Part shown: positions 28,416 through 35,911 of the stretch, piece after piece
Position numbering within the stretch: position 1 is the first letter of the stretch
How the letters are laid out: the number at the start of each line of letters is the position of its first letter
NCBI GenBank assembly: GCA_044892505.1
Contig: CM097883.1
Span: 189,348,323 to 189,412,000, forward strand
DNA: 63,678 nucleotides
Origin: Schmidtea nova
Taxonomy: Eukaryota
Reading direction: 5' to 3'
Translations under genes and position numbers: made by a program
Notes under the pieces: model-generated
What the model saw: only the letters and a program-made list of their open reading frames with translations
Told to the model about the DNA's origin: nothing
The model's database searches: none

Positions 28416-29000
28416 ATGCCGACTACCGAAAATTCCAAGAAAATCATGGGACAAATCCAAGAAAGGAAGTTGAGGGACCAGCAGCGACAGATCAAGCGAC
28501 TCACGGTCGCCAATGATGAATTAAGGGCGAAGTGGTTCTCGCCCGGACAAATGAAGGACCAGTCGAAAAAACTTGAGCGGATGCAGGAAGCACTGGCCGC
28601 AACCAAATTGGAACTAGATGCCGTCCAGCGGGAACTCCGAAATTGCCTGAACGCAGTAACAAGAAGTTACCTCGACTCCGAATTGCGAGCGCTAATCCGG
28701 CCGATCACGGCTCAGCGCTGGATACAATGCACTCACCAAGATGTCGCTTGCGGGACAGAAGATGATATCATCATGGCACCCACTCTTACAACGGAAGATT
28801 TGCCTATTTTTCTCAGTGATCCCCCGAGAATAATAGCGTCAGCACCGGTCATAAACCAACAGCTTCGAAAACATCGAATGGGATCGCGACAGCGCCGTCG
28901 TCGCCGAGAATTTGCAAAGCGCCTGGACGAACAAATCCACCACCTGAACTCCTTAACCGAAGCAGAGTTAATCCAGGAGATTAGCCTGGAGCTTGAATAG
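28416..29000 (+). CDS. LTR-encoded ORF B, 194 aa, coiled coil plus Arg-rich motif
   Basis: ATG-initiated, heptad-like N-terminal half, RQRRRRR motif, AATAAA about 40 nt after the stop. The single LTR difference inside it is synonymous (CTG/CTT). Confidence 0.7.
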   Translation: MPTTENSKKIMGQIQERKLRDQQRQIKRLTVANDELRAKWFSPGQMKDQSKKLERMQEALAATKLELDAVQRELRNCLNAVTRSYLDSELRALIRPITAQRWIQCTHQDVACGTEDDIIMAPTLTTEDLPIFLSDPPRIIASAPVINQQLRKHRMGSRQRRRRREFAKRLDEQIHHLNSLTEAELIQEISLELE

Positions 29001-29564
29001 GAAAACCTCAATGTAAAATAACAACCTGTCTTTATTATTTTAATAAAAGTATTACTGTGTAAAATTTTTCTCTCATCGTGTGAATTCACTAAATAAAATA
29101 AAATAACAATAGCTAAATCCTAGAAGTAAAAAATCGCAGCCGCATTTTCTCAAACCGACCGTTTCTACGCAGGGACTGATTAATTACATTGTAGATCAAT
29201 TAAGGAAAGTCGTTGGGAAAAGCGTATGATAGATCATAAGGATATGTAATACAAAATGCAGTAAGAAACGAACATCCATAGAATGTAAATGCGTAAGACC
29301 TTCTATCGGCAGCAAGGACCCGAGGGAAGATAAATGGGGAGTAGTTTTGGCAACAAAGCTCACCTGCCCATCATTTTTCCACCACCGTATGCAGTACCAA
29401 CTTGGCTAGTAGGGAATAGTCAAGGGCATACGCGTGTAGTAGTCATGTTATGTATGGTTATGGGCGTGGAATCCCTAGTATACGTACTCATCAACAGTCG
29501 TTCAATTAATGATTAACTATTTATTTGAATTACTTAAAACCCACCCATAATCCCAGCATAAATT

Positions 29565-29582
29565 TGGGGGCTCAGCCGGGAT
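29565..29582 (+). promoter_or_regulatory. Primer-binding site, tRNA-Pro
   Basis: TGGGGGCTCAGCCGGGAT lies 6 nt after the LTR end and is complementary to a tRNA-Pro-type 3' end (ATCCCGGCTGAGCCC-CCA). Confidence 0.85.
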
Positions 29583-29887
29583 CAACTTTGATTTTATGCG
29601 GAAAATGTGAACCCAATGACAACAGAGAAATTTAAAATCAGAATTTTGTGAGTAGAAATAGTAACCGAAAGAGTAATCGAGATAAAAGTGAGTTGCGTGT
29701 AAATAGATAATTACAAACAGAGAATTAAAACAAATTAGTAGATAAATTGAACAAATGCATTCATAAATAACAGGTCGGGACGACAATTTACTGAAACACG
29801 GGGGGAGGCTATAAAACTGTCAGAAACGAAACACAGTACTACTTTTCGAATAATATTAACACAGTAATTAAATAAATTATCTAGGAA

Positions 29888-30349
29888 ATGGAGGAAAAAC
29901 TGAAAGAAATCGAGGAATTTTTCAACACCGAGAACGATACATTTGAGACAGTCTGCGAAAAAATAACCCGAATAAGAGCATCCGAATATGAGGAACCTAC
30001 GACACAAACTGAGGAAACAACTGAGTTAATAAAAATCATAGAGAAAGTAAATAAACTCGATATAAATACGCGATATAAATGGTACAAAGCACGATTAGAG
30101 GATGCCGAGTTGAATATCAGATGCCGACATATAGAACAGCAGTTAAGCCTAACATATAACCGATGGATGTCGCAAGGGGTCGAAGCAGCAAAACAATATA
30201 AACAATGTTACATATGCGAAGACAGTGAAATCCAAATAATGTTTTTGCCATGTGGACATTTTCGATTCTGTAAAAACTGTGCGAATAAGTGTGATGAGTG
30301 CCCCATGTGCAGTTTCTCTGTAGCTGATAAAATTGTAGTTTATTTATAA
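29888..30349 (+). CDS. IAP-type C3HC4 RING finger protein (no BIR domain), 153 aa
   Basis: C-terminal CYICEDSEIQIMFLPCGHFRFCKNCANKCDECPMC...KIVVYL*, with the spacing and hydrophobic C-terminus of IAP/MDM2-class RINGs. AATAAA overlaps the stop. Confidence 0.85.
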   Translation: MEEKLKEIEEFFNTENDTFETVCEKITRIRASEYEEPTTQTEETTELIKIIEKVNKLDINTRYKWYKARLEDAELNIRCRHIEQQLSLTYNRWMSQGVEAAKQYKQCYICEDSEIQIMFLPCGHFRFCKNCANKCDECPMCSFSVADKIVVYL

Positions 30350-30821
30350 TAAATATTTAGAGTGTTAATATATTGTATCGAATGACAAAGTCAGGGGAGC
30401 AATCAACAATGTTAATTAATTTTTGAGCTACTATCAAGTAGTCCGTTAAGCACCCATTGGGAGGTACCAGTTGATCAACCCACTCGGGGTATATAGAAAG
30501 GGGCCAATCGCAAATGTTGGAAAGCTTTTGTGATGTGATTGATCACCACATCCCGCATTAGTAGACCAACGCGATCTTTTTGTATATTTTGGTTGGGGAG
30601 AGAAATAGGGAAAACCCTGATGAGGTAAGATGCGCGCAGAGAAAATAATAAAAATTGAATTATGACTGATCAGCGAAAGAATTAGTAGTAAAACAAAGAA
30701 TCGAGGAATTATAGAGGAAAATAAGAGGTGCATAATCAGCTCGCATGAAATTGAGAGAACTCAGCTGAGAAATTGTAGTCGCTAGCGAAGTTAAGAATTA
30801 CGATTAACCGGTTAAGGAAAA

Positions 30822-31190
30822 GTTATCAGCGGTTTGTCCCTTGAAACAAAGGGTTATTAGAATTTGTCCCTTGAAACAAAGGGTTATCAGCGGTTTGTCC
30901 CTTGAAACAAAGGGTTATTAGAATTTGTCCCTTGAAACAAAGGGTTATCAGCGGTTTGTCCCTTGAAACAAAGGGCTATTAGAATTTGTCCCTTGAAACA
31001 AAGGGTTATTAGAATTTGTCCCTTGAAACAAAGGGTTATCAGCGGTTTGTCCCTTGAAACAAAGGGCTATTAGAATTTGTCCCTTGAAACAAAGGGTTAT
31101 CAGCGGTTTGTCCCTTGAAACAAAGGGTTATTAGAATTTGTCCCTTGAAACAAAGGGTTATCAGCGGTTTGTCCCTTGAAACAAAGGGTT
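30822..31190 (+). repeat. Tandem array of 12 units of 30/31 bp
   Basis: Invariant core TTTGTCCCTTGAAACAAAGGG with two alternating linkers (ttatcagcgg and (t/c)tattagaa). Confidence 0.95.
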
Positions 31191-31617
31191 GAGGCCAAAG
31201 AGCCATATTGAATGACCTAGCTAGGCGTTATTGAGATATGATTTAAGGCCAATAGAGCCATTTGAGATAATTGAGATATGAATTTAAGGCCAATAGAGCC
31301 ATTTGAGATAGTTGAGATATGAATTTGAGGCCATAAGAGCCATTTGAGATAATTGATATTAATTAGAGGCCAAAGGAGCCAATAGGGATATCCGGATATA
31401 TAGTAACGGAGGGAATATAGGCCCAGGGTTACAATTGTTGAGTAACAACGGAGGGAATATAGGCCCAGGGTTGCAATTATTTAAAATTAAAGGAAGATAG
31501 TAACGGAGGGAATATAAGCCCAGGGTTACAATCGTTTGAGTAGCAACGGAGGGAATATAGGCCCAGGGTTGCAAGTGATAAGAAATAACAACAGAGGGAA
31601 TATAGGCCCAGAGTTGT
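31191..31617 (+). repeat. Two further degenerate repeat blocks in the leader
   Basis: About 5 copies of (A/G)GGCCAA..GAGCCA(TTTGAGATA) at 31191-31385 and 5 copies of ACGGAGGGAATATAGGCCCAGGGTT at 31403-31617. Confidence 0.9.
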
Positions 31618-32164
31618 GATCGTCGACGATAATGAGAATAGTGCGCACCAGGAATTGAGAAATGCGAGTAAAGCTGATTATGCGACCTAAAATAATGCAT
31701 GCAAGTAGAATCGAGAAATAGGAGCTGACCGGAAAGACCGGCAGAATTAATAATTAGAGGCTAGCAGAGAGAAAGATAAAGAGATGATAAAATAATAATC
31801 GAGCCAAATGACTCAGGGAATTAGAGCGTTCGAACGACAAATAGATTGGGAGACCGCGGGAAAAATAATTGATGTATTTTAATAACCGATAGATAATTGT
31901 TATGACTAAATAGATAATTGTGACTAGTATATAGATAATTTAAATAGACTTAAATAAAGGGGAATCTGGGAATGGGGAAAATAATAGAAACCCAGTAATG
32001 AGAAGTCCCGTAAAAAGGGAATAAAAGCGCAACGATAACAATAGAGTATCGTTGAAGTGACATTTGTATTTTAGATAAATCAATCAAACCAAACCAAGCA
32101 ACCAAGGAAGAAAAGAATCGGAACACGATAAGACAGGAAAATTGAGTATACAAAAGTAATCCCG

Positions 32165-35100
32165 TTGAGAAAAGGAGAAAAGAGTGTCATAATAAAACCA
32201 GCAGAAAAGAATAAAGCTACCAAGAATAATAATCAGAAAGGCCTAAAAGGAAGTAAAGCAAGGCAGATAATAATACAAAAGTCGATTATCGAAAACGATA
32301 AATTATCAGTAACAAGCAACAGTTCAAGCAACAAAGAAAATCAAGCAGAACCCGAGAGAAACCCAATAAGTGAAATAGAAGTCGACAAAACCAACAACGA
32401 TTATATAGAAGAAATAGAAGACGAAGTAGAACAAGAAACAGAAAGTGACGATACCGATAACGATAGTAAAGCATCAGATAACGAATCAGCAAAAGAAACT
32501 GAGATCGACCGAAATTCGAGTGACGAACCTAACAGTGAACTAGAAACAAGAGGAAACGAAAGTAAAATAACTACAGACAGCGGAATTGAAATGAGCGAAC
32601 CCAGAGAAGAGATAAAAGACAAATTTTCCGGAGAACCGTTTAATGGAGATGCGAGTAAACTGGAAACTTTCTTAAAGGAATTTGGCATATTCGTGGAAGT
32701 ATGCAAGTGGAAACCAGAAACAACTGTAAGCAGAATTCAGCTATATTTGAAAGATAGCGCATTAGATCTATATTTGGAAGCAAAAAATGGAACTAATCCA
32801 CCTACAAGTTGGTCAGCGATAAAGGACTTTTTCCAACAAACCTTTGGAATAAACAAAGTATTGAATGAGGCATTCACGGAATTCTCAATGAGGAAACAAA
32901 AGATAAATGAATCGAATGCGGTATATGCAAGCGAATTGAAAAAGTTAGCAAAGTTGATCTTTAATCAAGACAGCCCAATAAATGAGGAGTTAATGGCAGC
33001 TATCTTTGTGGGAGGATTACGAAGACCCGACATAAGAGCGCAAGTTGGATGTCAAGGTTGTAAAACCATCGACCAAGCACTAGAAACAGCTAATAGATTT
33101 GAACTACACATGATAGGAAATGATGGTAGAATCTATTTAGCTATGGATACAGCACAAAACGAACAAGAAGTGAACCTGAATAACCACATTCCAAATTCAC
33201 AACAATTAAACCGACCACCACCGCAACGAAGGAATGAAGGGAATAAAGTATCAAATTACGGAAATCAAAACAATTACAACCCCCAAGGACCAACGAAACA
33301 ATGCAAAACATGTGGGAAATTGGGACATTGGCAACAAGAATGTTATCAGAACTTGAATTGTGGAAAATGTGGAGTAAAAGGGCATTCAGAGAGCAGATGT
33401 TACACAATAACCTGTTTTAATTGTGGACGACCTGGACACCTATCAAGAAATTGCGGACAAAGAAGCAATCAACGAGGAAACTGGCAGAATACCGGAAACC
33501 GACAAAACTATGGAAACCAACCAACTGTTGGAAACCGACAGAATTATGGAAATCAGCCAAATAATGGAAACCAACTGGAATACGGAAACCAACCAAATAG
33601 TAATAATAATAACCAAAATAAAAATACCACTAAAGAGATACATTTAATGCAAGAGGTTCAAAGATTGACGGAGCTGATAAACAATACAACCAGAGGAAAT
33701 CCGCAAACAGGTCAACAACAAATCAATATGATGAGAAAAATAGAAAGCGAAAACGAACGATTGAATCGGGAAAGTCAAGCACGACATGCTCAGGAATGGG
33801 CAAGAGTACAAAGAGAAGAGGAACAAAAACAGCAAGAAAGAGAACGACAACCTCTGAGAATCAATATGATGAGAGCAACCAATCAAACAAATTCCCACGA
33901 GAAAGAGACTACGCCGGAAATAAATTCAATGAAACCGAATCCAACTAACAATGAAGGACGAAAAGAAATAGTAAAAGAAGATGAAGAAGTAGAAAAAGAA
34001 ATAGAGAAGGAAGTGGAAACAGAGGCAAACCAGGAAGAGAAAAGAATGATTTGGAAAAAGGGAATGATGGTAATCCTGCCAAACGGTCATATGTTTCGAT
34101 TCCAATATAACATAAAGGAAGAAGTAGGAACATTGTTCAACAAAGTGAATGAAATGGCTCCAGGAGTAACGAAACTGCCCAGAGAAGCATTCCTAAAAAT
34201 AGAAGGTGCACCAGAAGTAAAATTGAAACTAACGGATACATGGGAAAACATGGGAGTAGTAGAGACAAAAAGAAATGTGATGGTAATCAAGGAAATAGAA
34301 CCAGAAGGAATTCCATCGCCAGTGCGTCACGAAACACGAATCAGTCGAATATTTAAAGGGAAAATGATACGAAGACGGTTGGGAGAAATAGACGAGTTAG
34401 AACGAAAATTGAGAAAGGTCGGAGTAGTAGACGACAAGAGTGAATCAACACAAAAAGCTATTAAAAGTGAAACAAGACCAACGGAAAATACACCAAGTGA
34501 AATCAACCAAATAAAACACATTAACATGTTGAGAGGCCAGGCAAAGAATTTTTCCGACGACGAAGAGGATAGTGACGTCAGTAGTCTAGCAGGGGACATG
34601 CTAGACGAACCGGAAATTGAAGACAAAAAGATAGAAGTAGTAAAGACACCAGAAACTATTCAAGTAAAAGAGGATGAGATCCAGAAATTATTAGATAACG
34701 CACTAGAAGTAATATATAATGAGGAATTCATCGACAAGAAACACTATCGGAAATTCATGAGAGCGATATTACAAATGAACTATAAAGAGTGGTTGCCAGG
34801 CCGGGAAGTAGAAACACTAAGCCAATACGTAGGAAAATTATTAAAAGAACCACTCCATGAATATATAATCCTAATAGAGATAAAAACATGTTTGCCAAGG
34901 ATTTGGATCAAAACTCCACTCACGGAAGATATTTATCAATGGGTAGAAGATAGATTAGGGAGTTCATATAAAAACAAATTCCTCTATTCACAGAATGGAC
35001 TAGTGAAGAAAAGGACGCATTTGATAGAAACAGGCATATGGCCAGGAGAGGTGACAACATTATCGATATGCGATGATAAGAGAGAAGAGAACCTACAAGA

Positions 35101-35170
35101 AGTAGCAAAGGAAGCAAATATGTGTTTCGAGAAGAAGATAAAACCACGGTTAGAATATGAGAAAGGATAA
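32165..35170 (+). CDS. gag: Gag (Ty3/gypsy capsid, 3 CCHC knuckles, Q/N-rich region) with a long C-terminal extension
   Basis: Capsid-like FNGDASKLETFLKEF...KQKINESNAVYASELKKLA; knuckles CKTCGKLGHWQQEC, CGKCGVKGHSESRC and CFNCGRPGHLSRNC. First in-frame ATG is at 32591. Confidence 0.93.
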   Translation: MRKGEKSVIIKPAEKNKATKNNNQKGLKGSKARQIIIQKSIIENDKLSVTSNSSSNKENQAEPERNPISEIEVDKTNNDYIEEIEDEVEQETESDDTDNDSKASDNESAKETEIDRNSSDEPNSELETRGNESKITTDSGIEMSEPREEIKDKFSGEPFNGDASKLETFLKEFGIFVEVCKWKPETTVSRIQLYLKDSALDLYLEAKNGTNPPTSWSAIKDFFQQTFGINKVLNEAFTEFSMRKQKINESNAVYASELKKLAKLIFNQDSPINEELMAAIFVGGLRRPDIRAQVGCQGCKTIDQALETANRFELHMIGNDGRIYLAMDTAQNEQEVNLNNHIPNSQQLNRPPPQRRNEGNKVSNYGNQNNYNPQGPTKQCKTCGKLGHWQQECYQNLNCGKCGVKGHSESRCYTITCFNCGRPGHLSRNCGQRSNQRGNWQNTGNRQNYGNQPTVGNRQNYGNQPNNGNQLEYGNQPNSNNNNQNKNTTKEIHLMQEVQRLTELINNTTRGNPQTGQQQINMMRKIESENERLNRESQARHAQEWARVQREEEQKQQERERQPLRINMMRATNQTNSHEKETTPEINSMKPNPTNNEGRKEIVKEDEEVEKEIEKEVETEANQEEKRMIWKKGMMVILPNGHMFRFQYNIKEEVGTLFNKVNEMAPGVTKLPREAFLKIEGAPEVKLKLTDTWENMGVVETKRNVMVIKEIEPEGIPSPVRHETRISRIFKGKMIRRRLGEIDELERKLRKVGVVDDKSESTQKAIKSETRPTENTPSEINQIKHINMLRGQAKNFSDDEEDSDVSSLAGDMLDEPEIEDKKIEVVKTPETIQVKEDEIQKLLDNALEVIYNEEFIDKKHYRKFMRAILQMNYKEWLPGREVETLSQYVGKLLKEPLHEYIILIEIKTCLPRIWIKTPLTEDIYQWVEDRLGSSYKNKFLYSQNGLVKKRTHLIETGIWPGEVTTLSICDDKREENLQEVAKEANMCFEKKIKPRLEYEKG

Positions 35171-35377
35171 AGTTCATATAAAAACAAATTCCTCTATTCA
35201 CAGAATGGACTAGTGAAGAAAAGGACGCATTTGATAGAAACAGGCATATGGCCAGGAGAGGTGACAACATTATCGATATGCGATGATAAGAGAGAAGAGA
35301 ACCTACAAGAAGTAGCAAAGGAAGCAAATATGTGTTTCGAGAAGAAGATAAAACCACGGTTAGAATATGAGAAAGGA
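34961..35377 (+). repeat. Exact 207-bp direct duplication (34961-35167 and 35171-35377) separated by an in-frame TAA
   Basis: Direct comparison; period 210 nt. Confidence 0.95.
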
Positions 35378-35911
35378 CGAATCCTACTAGGACATCTAAA
35401 TTCCATGATAGAACAAATCATCCCACAAATCAAAAAACATAGAAAGGAGTTAATGAGAAGCGAATACGAAAAGTTGAAACGATGTATCGAGTGCATACGT
35501 GACACAAGTCACACGAGATGGTCACAGATCTCATACGGAAAAGTAATTGCCAAAATGGGAAAAGCAATGTTTAGACAAGGAAAAATAACAGATCTAAAAA
35601 TTTCAGTGGAACTGCCTAATGAGGATACCAAGGAAATTGAAGTGGTAGCAGATTGTACCATAAAAGAATTAGTAAATGTCATCAACGAGACACTATTACA
35701 AAGAGAACCAGAAGAAGAATGGGAAGATGACATAATCATGAAATACAACGAACATGTATTATGGGATCACGATGAAAGACGGCTATATAAAATTGGTATA
35801 TGGGATAATCATCAAACCATCCACGTTATCAGAATGGACGATACACCAAGAGAAACTGCTAAGGATGAGAAAAGAGAACGGGAACGACAAAAAGAAGTTG
35901 TGCATAAATAA
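35171..35911 (+). CDS. In-frame continuation of the Gag extension, with a ubiquitin-like fold
   Basis: Same frame as gag; LKISVELPNEDTKEIEVVADCTIKELVNVINE...YKIGIWDNHQTIHVI has a beta-grasp pattern. Confidence 0.7.
   Translation, partial: SSYKNKFLYSQNGLVKKRTHLIETGIWPGEVTTLSICDDKREENLQEVAKEANMCFEKKIKPRLEYEKGRILLGHLNSMIEQIIPQIKKHRKELMRSEYEKLKRCIECIRDTSHTRWSQISYGKVIAKMGKAMFRQGKITDLKISVELPNEDTKEIEVVADCTIKELVNVINETLLQREPEEEWEDDIIMKYNEHVLWDHDERRLYKIGIWDNHQTIHVIRMDDTPRETAKDEKRERERQKEVVHK

Larger units (their letters stand above)
26320..29558 (+). repeat. 5' LTR
   Basis: Begins TGTTGGG and ends CCCAGCA (7-bp imperfect inverted repeat). Duplicated at an offset of 25,431 nt; by eye I found only two differences (27460 C/52891 G and 28595 G/54026 T). 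Confidence 0.97.

Noticed and set aside
27169-29089. Minus-strand ORFs in the LTR (80, 96 and 118 aa)
   Set aside because: Short, overlapping the plus-strand ORFs or without recognisable features; no support beyond being open.
30822-31617. CRISPR-like appearance (constant repeats with short linkers)
   Set aside because: Linkers are only 9-10 nt and of two recurring types rather than unique spacers, there are no cas genes, and the context is a eukaryotic retroelement leader.
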